Below are positions 1 to 8,664 of a DNA stretch of 64,000 nucleotides, piece after piece. The position numbers and the translations under genes are program-made. Source of the DNA: Myxococcales bacterium (lineage in GTDB: Bacteria; Desulfobacterota; Binatia; HRBIN30); the NCBI GenBank assembly GCA_037445065.1, contig JBBILD010000012.1, positions 1-64,000 on the forward strand, given 5' to 3'. Each line of letters starts with the position of its first letter. Position 1 is the stretch's first letter. The notes beneath the pieces were generated by a model that ran no database searches, had not been told where the DNA came from, and saw nothing but the letters and a program-made list of their open reading frames with translations.

Positions 1-1574
1 CCCTCGGCCTTCACGTAGTCGCTGTCCGCCACCGTGCCGCAGAAGGGGCAGGTGGCGTTGCCGCCTTTGGAGAAGCTCGCCGGGTCGAAGCCGAGGCCTT
101 TTTCCGTGTGGCTCTCGACCAGCTCGAAGCACACCCGCTTCTTTGGTGGCACCGGCGAGCCGCCGGTGCTGCCCAGGCCAGCGGCCTGGGCCACCATCTT
201 CAGCGCCACGTAGCGGTCTTTCTTCTTACACAGCCAGGTCTGGCGCACTAGCGGCACGGTGGCGCCGCAGGATGGGTTCTTACACCGCACCGTGCGCGTC
301 CAGAGGTAGGCGACCGGCGTCAAATATCCAGGAGGTGTTTTCTCTGGTGGCACAGGCATCTTGCCTGTGCTTTCATACAGAGCATCCCAGTCCTCCGGGG
401 TTTCGCATAAACCCTTAGTCACAGGGTTATTCCGGATGTAATTCCACTTCTCTAAAAACTCGCTTTCATCGCGAGCAATGCGATCGAAGCTCTCATCCTG
501 CCAGACGGTTCCCTGGCGATTGAGCAGTTTGTTGATTTCCTTTGCTGTGAACGACTTGAGCGAGTGCAGGATGCTGGATAGCGACCACCACTTTCCCTCC
601 TCGATCTCGTGCGGTCTAAGCAACAGGTGCACGTGATCCGGCATGACCACGGCAACCCAGAGCGTGTAGCGATGGCCGTCGAAGTGTCGACAAGCGTCAA
701 GAACAATTCGTCTGGCTGCTTGCGGCAGTTCGATCTCGGCTGTTCTGAAGGTCACGAAGTACGTCGAACCGCCCATTTGCCAGTGGGGAAGATTTCTTCT
801 GGTAATGAACAGCTCGCTCTGCACAGGCTGGAAGCCTGTGCCACCCTTGCTTTTATACTCTGGGTCGGGAATGAGCGGGTAGAGATCGCCGATCTCGGCC
901 TTGACCTTCTCCAACACCCAGTTGCCCCAGTAGCGCACCTCTTCGGCCAGGCCGCCCCAGGTCGTTTGGTGGCTCAGGCTGCCAGCCTGAGGCTTTCCGG
1001 TCATCCCGCGCGCGTTCGGATCGGGCTTGCCGTACTTCTGGGGATAGACGAGCGTGCAGAGCTCGATGATGTGCGCGACGGGGTTGAGGTCGAGGGCGTA
1101 GGCCTCGCACCCAAGTCGCAGCGCCTCTAGCGGAATCGCCCCGCCGCCGGCGAACATGTCGAGCACCTTGGGTCTCGGCGCGCGGCCCGCGACGATGTCC
1201 TCGACCGTCACAGGCGGGCCGCCTGTGCCACGTTCCTGTGTGAGGCGCTTCGCGTGCGCCTCGAGAATGTGCTTCTGCGCCTCTTTGATCACCTCGGGAT
1301 TGCCAGGGTACTGGCAGAGCCGCTCGATGAACTTTGCCGCGTTGGCCCGCCCGAGGCTCTGCTTCTTGCTGTCCGGCCCGTTCTCCGGCACAAACCGCGA
1401 CGCCGACACGAGCGCCCCGTAAACGGCCGCCCGACAGGCCACCAGAGGCCGCCGCGCCCACCAGAGGTGCAGCGTCGAGATGTGGCCCTTGCGTACGGAC
1501 TTCTCCCGCGAGGCCTCCTTGCTGATGGCCTCGATGGGCAGGTAATCCTCGATGAGCCTGCGGTCGTCGGTCAT
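1..1574 (-). CDS. DUF1156-type adenine DNA methyltransferase, 5' part (runs off left edge), with in-frame RAYT domain insertion
   Basis: Hand translation from ATG 1574 is open to base 1. It reads MTDDRRLIEDYLPIEAISKEASREKSVRKGHISTLHLWWARRPL, then SAM motif VLDMFAGGGAIPLEALRLG, DLNPVA, and PVAYLWTRTVRCKNPSCGATVPL. ATGA overlap with the HEPN stop. Not in the ORF track (no stop inside the window). Confidence 0.92.
   Translation of the reverse strand, partial: MTDDRRLIEDYLPIEAISKEASREKSVRKGHISTLHLWWARRPLVACRAAVYGALVSASRFVPENGPDSKKQSLGRANAAKFIERLCQYPGNPEVIKEAQKHILEAHAKRLTQERGTGGPPVTVEDIVAGRAPRPKVLDMFAGGGAIPLEALRLGCEAYALDLNPVAHIIELCTLVYPQKYGKPDPNARGMTGKPQAGSLSHQTTWGGLAEEVRYWGNWVLEKVKAEIGDLYPLIPDPEYKSKGGTGFQPVQSELFITRRNLPHWQMGGSTYFVTFRTAEIELPQAARRIVLDACRHFDGHRYTLWVAVVMPDHVHLLLRPHEIEEGKWWSLSSILHSLKSFTAKEINKLLNRQGTVWQDESFDRIARDESEFLEKWNYIRNNPVTKGLCETPEDWDALYESTGKMPVPPEKTPPGYLTPVAYLWTRTVRCKNPSCGATVPLVRQTWLCKKKDRYVALKMVAQAAGLGSTGGSPVPPKKRVCFELVESHTEKGLGFDPASFSKGGNATCPFCGTVADSDYVKAE
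145..195. repeat. REP doublet (REPIN-like), translated within the methylase
   Basis: GGTG-GCACCGGC-GAGCC-GCCGGTGC (145-169), T, then inverted GCCCAGGC-CAGCG-GCCTGGGC-CACC (171-195). Length 51 nt. Confidence 0.85.
346..370 (+). repeat. REP hairpin, left end of RAYT module
   Basis: GGTG-GCACAGGC-ATCTT-GCCTGTGC: 8-bp stem, 5-nt loop, GTGG foot. Confidence 0.9.
821..845 (-). repeat. REP hairpin, right end of RAYT module
   Basis: GCACAGGC-TGGAA-GCCTGTGC-CACC, an inverted copy of 346-370 with the same stem. Confidence 0.9.
968..991 (+). repeat. REP hairpin within the methylase
   Basis: GGTGG-CTCAGGC-TGCCA-GCCTGAG. Confidence 0.75.
1209..1231 (-). repeat. REP hairpin within the methylase
   Basis: CACAGGC-GGGCC-GCCTGTG-CCAC; encodes (R)GTGGPPV. 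Confidence 0.75.
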
Positions 1575-1960
1575 CTGTTGCGGCCTCCCTCCAGGTAATG
1601 GCGGGCGCCTTCGAGAAACTCCCGGGCCTGCTCGATCGTCTCCTTGGCAGCCGCGTCGTCGAGGACCGGATCGAGATCGTAATCGCTCTTGATCCGCTTG
1701 TTGAAAGCCGCCAGCAACCACCGGTGGAACTTCGGATCCAGGATGCCCGTCTTCGCGAAATGTCGGCCAAAGGCTGCATGGACACTGCCATGTTTGCGGA
1801 ATTGCAGATCCCGCTCCCGGAGCAGGGCCTGAGCGGTGTGGAACATCGCATAGTAGGCGCGCCCGACTGCGGATTCTCCGTCCCCCGCCTTCAGCAGGGT
1901 CTCCGCAGCGCGCAGCGCACGTTGCGCCTTGCCGAGGAGTTTTCGTGTTTCTTCTTTCAC
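1571..1960 (-). CDS. HEPN domain protein (UPF0332-like, Rx4Y variant)
   Basis: RAYYAMFH, KHGSV and KRIKSDY motifs. GTG at 1960 overlaps the MNT stop. Confidence 0.85.
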   Translation of the reverse strand: MKEETRKLLGKAQRALRAAETLLKAGDGESAVGRAYYAMFHTAQALLRERDLQFRKHGSVHAAFGRHFAKTGILDPKFHRWLLAAFNKRIKSDYDLDPVLDDAAAKETIEQAREFLEGARHYLEGGRNR

Positions 1961-2277
1961 GCCGGCACCGCTTCCTCTCGCACGTTGATCAGGAACATCG
2001 TCTCTTCGTGCCTCCACCTATCTTCAGGGACATACACGCAACTGATGCTTCGATCACATTCCAGGGAGAGCCGCGCGATCAGCTCGCTCGTCCGGTCGAT
2101 CTCCCGCGAGTAGTTCTCGACGCGGTCCAGTACAATCAACACGTCGATGTCGGATTCCTCGTCGGCCTCGCCACGGGCATAGGAGCCGAAGAGATAGACC
2201 CCTTTCAGGCGCTCCCCGTAGAGGTGGCCCAGATGTTCCTTCAATTCCTGAAGAGCCCGTTGGACGTTCTCGTTCAT
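1957..2277 (-). CDS. Minimal nucleotidyltransferase (MNT) domain protein
   Basis: LFGSYARGEADEESDIDVLIV (GSx10DxD). ATG at 2277 overlaps the helicase stop. Confidence 0.9.
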   Translation of the reverse strand: MNENVQRALQELKEHLGHLYGERLKGVYLFGSYARGEADEESDIDVLIVLDRVENYSREIDRTSELIARLSLECDRSISCVYVPEDRWRHEETMFLINVREEAVPA

Positions 2278-5200
2278 GCGTTCGCCTCCTGTTGCCGGCT
2301 GACTGCCACAAGCGCCTCGGCCGGAATCTCGACGAACCGGGCCGCCACGATTTCGCGCTTCGCATAGTCGAGTCGCGCCGCCGGGTTTTGGATGCGGACC
2401 AGCTCCGGGTTCGGCCCGAGCGGATCCCAGACTACATAAAGCCAATAGGTCTCCGCAAGCTGTTGCGCTTTGTACCACTCGTTGGTCGTCAGGCGCACCG
2501 GCTGACCGCGCATGCGGCCCTTGACTTCGATACGCTTCACCGAAACCTGTCCGCTTACCGGGTCGAAGATCCGATGGGCACGGATGTCGAAACCAAGCTT
2601 CAAGTGTCCGACCCGCTCGATGCGCTCTTCGGGGAATCCCTCCTCGATCAAGGCGCGCACGACGAGGTCCTCGGCGGCCAACTCGCTTCTCCTCCTGAGT
2701 TTGGGGTCGAGTTCATCCGCCAGATCGGCGAGCTGGCCTTCGCTGTCCATGCCCGGCGCAAGAACGATCGCGGTCGCCACGTGCCGCACGGGGCCGGTGC
2801 GGGCGATCTCGAGCTTGCTCAACCCCGCAAGGCGGTCGGCGCGGGCGCGCTCGAGTTCTTCCACGTATTTGCGTGCTTCATCGGCAGCGAGTTTGAATTC
2901 CGGCTTGAGTGCGGCCTCGGCCATCAGCCGCATGGCGCGCTCTTGTGCGCGCTTGATGCGGGCATCGAAAGACCGTTCCAGATACTCGCGGCAGATGCGA
3001 GCGAAGCGCTGGCGATCCTTCTGGCAGCGGGCACGGCATTCGAGTTGGTAGGTGCCCTTCAGGTAATCCGACGCGGCTTGGATGGGCACTGGTTCGGTCA
3101 GCGACGGGGGATTGGGGTGGGAAGGAAGGTTGAGCAAGATGTCGCTGGGCACAATTTCGAAGACAGGCGAGCCGCCTGACCCACCTTGCTCGCGCACAGC
3201 AACGAGTTCGCCGTGCAAGGAAAGCTCGTTTCCTTTCGAGTCCTTGCCGCGGATCGAGATCTCGAAAAAATGGAGCCGGTACGGCTCGACCGCCATCGGG
3301 TCCACGTAAAATCCGATCCCGCATTGCAGGGACGCCAGCTTCTCGTTGAGCTTCTCGTCGAGGGCTGCGTAGAGCGGGTGGCCGGGCCCCATGAGCACGG
3401 CATCGAGGTGGGCGTCTTGCTCTAGGTGCCATTTGTGGAAGGTGATCTTCCGATACGAGGGCTCGGGCTTACCGAGTCGCTGAACGGAGCGCAGCCGTTC
3501 GGAGCGAAGCTCGGCGAGCACATGCTCGATTCGCCACAGCCCGTCGGCCCTTGCCTCCACGCGCAGACCAACCTCTCTGGCTGCGGCAAGAAACTGTGCC
3601 TCCACGTAACGGGGCATCAACCGCTTCTCCTCGATCTCCAGGTTGAGACGCTGGAAGCTCGAGAAGTCCACGTGACTCCGGGCCAGCGCAATGCCCGTGG
3701 CTTCTTCGTAAGCCTTGAGCTTGCCTGGATCCATGCGGTCAATCTGGTCCAAGTACTCGTCGAGGCGGCGCGGATCGAAAGCTGCCTCGCGTAACATATC
3801 AGGGAGATTCACATCGTTCAGGGAGAGAATCTCTCCAACCACGTCGAAGACCCGCCCCTCCAGAGCCTCGTTCATCGCCTCGAGTTTTTGCAGAAGCCGG
3901 TGCAGGATGCGGCCCTCCACGATCGGCTGCCCGTCTTCCGACTCGGTAGCCACGAAATTAAAGACGTACACATCCCGCTCCTGGCCAATGCGGTGAATGC
4001 GCCCCAGGCGCTGCTCGAGGCGGGTTGGGTTCCACGGCATATCGTAGTTGATCATCAGGTGGCAGAACTGCAGGTTGATCCCCTCGCCCGCAGCTTCGGT
4101 TGCCACACACACCTGCGCGCTCGTGCGGAAATACTCTTGGGCGCGTTTTCGCTCGTGCGGGTTCATACCGCCGTGAATCTCGCACGTCGTGAAGCCCCAC
4201 CGCTCGAGGTGCTCGCGCACGTACGTGAGTGTGTCGCGGTGCTCCGTAAAGATGAGCAATTTGCCGCGGCCGTCCTTGAGTTCGAGGAACTGTGCCCCTG
4301 CGAGACACTCCCTCAGCGCGGCCAATTTGGAATCCACCGGTTGGCCGTTTGGCCCACCGTGCTCGCGCACCGCGCGCGCCTGCTCTACGAGTTCCTTGAG
4401 CGCCAGGATCTCGGTACGAAGCTGGTCGAGTTCGAGTGCGGCCGTGAACTCATCCACAAGGCGATCGCGGAGTTCGTCGTCCAGGTCGTCTTCGTCTTGT
4501 TCGCCGTCCAGTAGACGCCCTTGGAGCACCGCCAGCCGTTTTGCCCGCTGGGCCGGCGGGAGGCCAGCAAGTTCTTCGAGCAGCTCCCGCTGCTTCTTGA
4601 GTCGCCTCTTGAGCGACTCGTGGATCGCGCAGGTCGAACTTACCAAGCGCCGCTGGAGAACGGTGCGGGTGAGGGTGGCGGAGGAACGGCGTTGGCCGCT
4701 CTGCTGCGGGATGAACTCATTGATGTAAGCTGTCACCGCTTTGTACAGTGCGTACTCCTCGCGATTGAGGCGAAAGGCTACCGTCCTCGCATGCCGGTCA
4801 GGGAACAGGCGTTTGCCGTTCAGGTCGCGCAAGTCTTCCTTGAGCCGGCGCAGGCACCAGGGCGAAGTCCTCCCGAGCCCCAAGATGTCCTTGCGGACAG
4901 AGGCCGCCTCCTGGCGCAGGCGGTGTGGCTCGGGGAACAAGTCTGGATCAATCAGACGCAGAAAGTGGGAGAAGCGGTCTTCGTCCCCGTGATGTGGCGT
5001 AGCTGTGAGCAGTAACATGTGATCAGCGGTTTCGGAAAGCCGCTTCACGAGCTGATACCGTTTAGTCTCCGCGACTTCGCTACTGCGCCCGGAGTAAGCT
5101 TTCGTGTACGCGGAGCACTTGTGCGCCTCGTCCACCACCACCAAGTCCCAACGCTGCTGCCACACACGCTCACGCACGTCTTCTTGCTTCGCATAATCAA

Positions 5201-5825
5201 CGGACGAGATAACCTGTGAGCAGCGCTGCCAAGGGTTGGTGAGCTGCTGCTGGTCTACAGCGGAGAAAATGATGTCGAACGACTCTCCAAACCAGCGCAG
5301 CATCTCGTCTTGCCACTGGATCGTCAGGGGAGCTGGACAAAGGATCAGGACCCGCTCGATTGCCTCGCGCAGCTTGAGTTCCTTGATGAGCAGGCCAGCC
5401 ATGATGGTTTTCCCTGCTCCTGGGTCGTCGGCAAGCAAGAAGCGCAAACGAGGCTGGGGCAACATGGCCTGGTAGACTGCCTCGATCTGGTGCGGGAGGG
5501 TGCGAATCCCGGAGAGGCTGACTGCGAACTGAGGGTCGTGGGCATAGGCAAGGCGAATCCGCGCAGACTCGATCAGGAGGCGAAGCCGTTCCGCATTCGC
5601 GGGCGGAGTCCCCACCTCGGTTTCGCGCGTCGCCTCGGCAAAAATCGTTGCCGCCTCCTCGGCAGAGATGACCGCCTCCTCCAGTGTGCCGTCTGGGAGG
5701 CGAACTCGGCACTCGTACCCTTGGGAACCATGGCTTCCGAGGGACCGCACCTCCTCGAGAATGACCGGCACCTCGAAATGCCCAGGCAAGTGGATTTGCT
5801 GCCCGACGTAAGCGGAAGGATCCAT
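2274..5825 (-). CDS. SNF2-family helicase with C-terminal DUF3883-like nuclease domain
   Basis: LLADDPGAGKT, DEAH, TATP, GEGINLQ, EQRLGRIHRIGQ; C-terminal GFDIRA...IEVKGR...LTTNEW...YWLYVV. Start placed at ATG 5825. Confidence 0.92.
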   Translation of the reverse strand: MDPSAYVGQQIHLPGHFEVPVILEEVRSLGSHGSQGYECRVRLPDGTLEEAVISAEEAATIFAEATRETEVGTPPANAERLRLLIESARIRLAYAHDPQFAVSLSGIRTLPHQIEAVYQAMLPQPRLRFLLADDPGAGKTIMAGLLIKELKLREAIERVLILCPAPLTIQWQDEMLRWFGESFDIIFSAVDQQQLTNPWQRCSQVISSVDYAKQEDVRERVWQQRWDLVVVDEAHKCSAYTKAYSGRSSEVAETKRYQLVKRLSETADHMLLLTATPHHGDEDRFSHFLRLIDPDLFPEPHRLRQEAASVRKDILGLGRTSPWCLRRLKEDLRDLNGKRLFPDRHARTVAFRLNREEYALYKAVTAYINEFIPQQSGQRRSSATLTRTVLQRRLVSSTCAIHESLKRRLKKQRELLEELAGLPPAQRAKRLAVLQGRLLDGEQDEDDLDDELRDRLVDEFTAALELDQLRTEILALKELVEQARAVREHGGPNGQPVDSKLAALRECLAGAQFLELKDGRGKLLIFTEHRDTLTYVREHLERWGFTTCEIHGGMNPHERKRAQEYFRTSAQVCVATEAAGEGINLQFCHLMINYDMPWNPTRLEQRLGRIHRIGQERDVYVFNFVATESEDGQPIVEGRILHRLLQKLEAMNEALEGRVFDVVGEILSLNDVNLPDMLREAAFDPRRLDEYLDQIDRMDPGKLKAYEEATGIALARSHVDFSSFQRLNLEIEEKRLMPRYVEAQFLAAAREVGLRVEARADGLWRIEHVLAELRSERLRSVQRLGKPEPSYRKITFHKWHLEQDAHLDAVLMGPGHPLYAALDEKLNEKLASLQCGIGFYVDPMAVEPYRLHFFEISIRGKDSKGNELSLHGELVAVREQGGSGGSPVFEIVPSDILLNLPSHPNPPSLTEPVPIQAASDYLKGTYQLECRARCQKDRQRFARICREYLERSFDARIKRAQERAMRLMAEAALKPEFKLAADEARKYVEELERARADRLAGLSKLEIARTGPVRHVATAIVLAPGMDSEGQLADLADELDPKLRRRSELAAEDLVVRALIEEGFPEERIERVGHLKLGFDIRAHRIFDPVSGQVSVKRIEVKGRMRGQPVRLTTNEWYKAQQLAETYWLYVVWDPLGPNPELVRIQNPAARLDYAKREIVAARFVEIPAEALVAVSRQQEANA
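3161..3185 (-). repeat. Degenerate REP hairpin within the helicase
   Basis: Minus strand GGTG-GGTCAGGC-GGCTC-GCCTGTCT; encodes GGSGGSPV. Confidence 0.6.
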
Positions 5826-6074
5826 CTCAGGCACGCGCTCAGTACTGCAACGGTTAAAGCATGGAGTCAACGCGAAGCATCGCAGAGACGTGTTCTTTTG
5901 CGCGCAAATGTGCAGGGCGCACAGAGAAGGGTGGCTTCAGAACTCGGCGTGCCAGCGCGCATCCAAGCGGGACGCCGAAGCGCTGCGCGGCATCGCGGTG
6001 TTCTTGCTGAGGTGTCTTTCCACTCGCCACAGATTTTGTGGCGACCGGTTGCACGCCCGTACCCTCCGGTGTAA

Positions 6075-6111
6075 GCGGGCTTCCGCCGTGTACAGCACGG
6101 CCGAAGCCCGC
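6075..6111 (-). terminator. Strong hairpin downstream of tRNA-Asn, possible terminator
   Basis: GCGGGCTTC-C-GCCGTG-TACAG-CACGGC-C-GAAGCCCGC. The U-tract is weak. Confidence 0.4.
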
Positions 6112-6146
6112 TCCGGCGCGTCATGGCTAACGTTACTCACAGGAAG

Positions 6147-6219
6147 CTCCCCGGGCCGGACTCGAACCAGCGACCAATCGGTTAACAGCCGACCGCTCTA
6201 CCGACTGAGCTACCGGGGA
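6147..6219 (-). tRNA. tRNA-Asn(GTT), CCA not encoded
   Basis: TCCCCGGTAGCTCAGTCGGTAGAGCGGTCGGCT-GTT-AACCGATTGGTCGCTGGTTCGAGTCCGGCCCGGGGAG folds as a cloverleaf. Confidence 0.96.
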
Positions 6220-6550
6220 ACATTGCCCGCTCGAACGTGCGGGTGCGTGTCGCTAACACGCTGCCGCGACAGGTGCAAGGGAACAGCGTCGCCAGACGTT
6301 CCTCCGTGCGTGGAAAAGCCGCGGCTGGGGCTGGCGTGGCCTCGAGGCGCGAGCGGGTGATCCTGGCCGGCGGCGACAACGGGGACGCTTCCGGCTTGGC
6401 CCGACCGGGCCATGGTGCTGTCTTTTGGGGAACCGAGTGAGTAGCGAGAACCGTACTCTTCGCGCGTCCACGGGTGGTGAAGTTTTTCCACCAGCAGATG
6501 GTGGCGGGGAAGACGGCCGCTCGCAGAGAGTCGCTGCCGGCGGGGCGAGG

Positions 6551-7003
6551 TCAGTGCTTTTCCGGCAGGCGGAAGCGGTCGTGGCAGCTCTTGCAGTTCC
6601 CGAACATTTTGTTGGCCGCGGCGCGCACGTCTCCACCAGCGGCAGCCGCCGAAGCGGTAGCACGGGCGTCGGCTTCGAGCGACTTCATGAGTCGCTCGAA
6701 TTCCTCCCAGTTCTGCCAAATCTCTTCCTTGGCGCGCGAACGCGGGTGCGTGCTGCCAGCCGGAAACAAGGGCAGAGCCTTACCGGCTTCTTCGGCGATC
6801 TTCTCTGCAGCACCGCCTACCGGGTCGAGTCTGCCGCTCTTGAGCGCATCCCCAATGATTTTTGCCTGTTTGCCGACTCGCTCCATCAACTCGTGCCGAT
6901 CGCGAATCGGCCCCTCGGGGAGAGGCTCCTTCCCGGCGTGGGCAAGCGACACGGCGCTTGCGGATACCCACCCTGCAATCCCCACCATGAACAACGCTCT
7001 CAT
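6551..7003 (-). CDS. Class II cytochrome c (c'/c556-like)
   Basis: Signal peptide; C-terminal CKSCH; IWQNWEEF motif. Confidence 0.88.
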   Translation of the reverse strand: MRALFMVGIAGWVSASAVSLAHAGKEPLPEGPIRDRHELMERVGKQAKIIGDALKSGRLDPVGGAAEKIAEEAGKALPLFPAGSTHPRSRAKEEIWQNWEEFERLMKSLEADARATASAAAAGGDVRAAANKMFGNCKSCHDRFRLPEKH

Positions 7004-7201
7004 CCGACTCCTCCGACGCTCAAATCGCGATCCGTGCTAAACGCGAGCCAACCGGAATGCAATCGGCTTTTTATAGAAGACGCAGAGCGAGCCGCGCTGT
7101 GCAACGTTCTCCGTTCGGGTATGCACCGCTCTCCCGCGAGCACGGGCCACGGGTCAGCCCGAGCGGCCACCAGGGTGTGCGGCGGCGCCGAGGAGCCTCG
7201 A

Positions 7202-7585
7202 CTAGTTGCCGAACAGTGGCTCGACGGTGATTTCCAATTCGTCGCGCCCGCGCCGTCCGCTGGCGTCCGTCACCTCCACCGTGACCGTGTACGAGCCGGG
7301 CTTGCGGAACGTGTGTTCGACACGCTGCCCGCGCTTCTTCTTGCTCCCATCGCCAAAGTCCCACTCGAAGGTTGGTTTTACCGCTTCGTCCCCTTCGTAG
7401 ACTTCGGCCTCGAACTGTACCTTGAGCGGCGCGTTGCCACGATCGGGCTCGGCGGAAGCTGCAACCAGCAGCCGGCCTCCGGCCACGGCTTGGTTCGGCT
7501 CGCCCGCGCCGAACGTAGCGCACCCAACCAGCGAGATCGCGGCAATCGCCAGCAATCCGATCAGCCTCCACGAGTTCCGCTCCAT
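7202..7585 (-). CDS. PKD-domain lipoprotein
   Basis: Lipobox SLVGC; WDFGDG...HTFRKPGSYTVTVEVTD. Confidence 0.85.
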   Translation of the reverse strand: MERNSWRLIGLLAIAAISLVGCATFGAGEPNQAVAGGRLLVAASAEPDRGNAPLKVQFEAEVYEGDEAVKPTFEWDFGDGSKKKRGQRVEHTFRKPGSYTVTVEVTDASGRRGRDELEITVEPLFGN

Positions 7586-7754
7586 CCGTTCCTCCCAACG
7601 AAATCTCGCTCTCGCCCCAGAACCGATGCCACCTGCTCCACGACTGCTCCGCAGAAGGCTGTTTCATGAAAAAAAGCCGCGTCTCTGTCCAGAAGCTGCT
7701 TCTGGTCGCCGGCCCGGAGGCACCACGAGCTGCGAGCGGTTGCCACGAGGCGAT

Positions 7755-8654
7755 TTAGGGCTGGGTGTCTGCTTCCCTCTTCTCCACCCGGTGTTCGATC
7801 GGAGGGACCGTGCGCAGGTAGGCAGCGATGGCGCGCAGGATCGGTTCCGGGGCGTCCTTGTACCCGGGCCCGCCACCCCTGCCCTCGACCACCTCGGCCA
7901 TCGAACCTTGCACGTTGTCGAACTCGGGGGTGAACCCTGTCTTCAGGAGCTGAAAGATGTCCTCTTCGTCCCATTCCCCGATGCCAGTTTCCCGGTGCGG
8001 CGTAATGTTCGGAACCACCTCGTTTCCGGGGCCGCTAGCCGTGCCAGCAAGGTACCAGTCCAACCGCAGTCCGCCGAAGCGGCTGCGCGGGGTGTGGCAG
8101 TCCGCGCATAGCGAGACGTGGTCCACGAAGTAGCGGCCGCGTGCCACCGGCTCTTCGGGCTGCTTCTCGTAGCGGCGGAACTTGGGCGCCAAGGCAAGCC
8201 GCCAGACACGGTACGCCAAGCGTGCGAAGGGGAGTTCGTTTTCGTGTGGACGATTCTCCTTCTTTACCGCAGGAAGCGAACGCAGGTACGCGATCAGGTC
8301 GGCGACGTCGGCATCGGACATGCCTGCATACCAGTAATACGGCATCGCCGGTGTCTGCACACCCTTGCCGCGCGACATCCCATCCCGGATCGCGGCAGCA
8401 ATCTCCTCATCGCTCCAGGCGCCAATGCCGGTTTCCCGATCGGGTGTGATGTTCGTTCCGTAGAACGTACCGAAGGGTGTGGGGATTTCCCCTCCGCCAC
8501 TTCCCACGGGGCCATTGGCGGGTGTGTGGCAACTGCACCCTGCGGCGGCCGCAAACAAAACCCGCCCGCGCTCTGCGTCTCCTGGTGGCAGCGCGGCTGC
8601 CGCGCCGGCCCACAGGGCGCTTGCCACCGCTACGACTCCCCACCCTCGCATCAT
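7755..8654 (-). CDS. Di-heme cytochrome c (gluconate/alcohol dehydrogenase cytochrome subunit-like)
   Basis: CSCHT and CADCHT heme motifs; two NITP..TGIG.W repeats. Start at ATG 8654. Confidence 0.85.
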   Translation of the reverse strand: MMRGWGVVAVASALWAGAAAALPPGDAERGRVLFAAAAGCSCHTPANGPVGSGGGEIPTPFGTFYGTNITPDRETGIGAWSDEEIAAAIRDGMSRGKGVQTPAMPYYWYAGMSDADVADLIAYLRSLPAVKKENRPHENELPFARLAYRVWRLALAPKFRRYEKQPEEPVARGRYFVDHVSLCADCHTPRSRFGGLRLDWYLAGTASGPGNEVVPNITPHRETGIGEWDEEDIFQLLKTGFTPEFDNVQGSMAEVVEGRGGGPGYKDAPEPILRAIAAYLRTVPPIEHRVEKREADTQP

Positions 8655-8664
8655 GCCTGGCCTC

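Larger units (their letters stand above)
346..845 (-). mobile_element. REP-RAYT-REP module (HUH Y1 transposase domain) fused in frame inside the methylase
   Basis: Encodes RRNLPHWQMGGSTYFVTFRT...VVMPDHVHLLL (HUH at 627-638)...SILHSLKSFTAKEINKLLNRQGTVWQDESFDR...KWNYIRNNPV (Tyr motif at 423-440). Flanked by inverted REPs and visibly less GC-rich than the host gene. Confidence 0.9.

Noticed and set aside
346..845. Intein interpretation of the in-frame insert
   Set aside because: No N-terminal Cys/Ser block or C-terminal His-Asn splice motif is visible; the ends are REP-encoded peptides.
143..1851. ORF-track calls such as 452-706, 609-1130 and 853-1851
   Set aside because: These are shadow frames of the real methylase-RAYT and HEPN reading frames.
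4335..4358. GGPNGQPV segment in the helicase as an eighth coding REP
   Set aside because: The peptide pattern and GGTGG foot are similar, but the stem geometry does not match. It could be an eroded copy but is unsupported.
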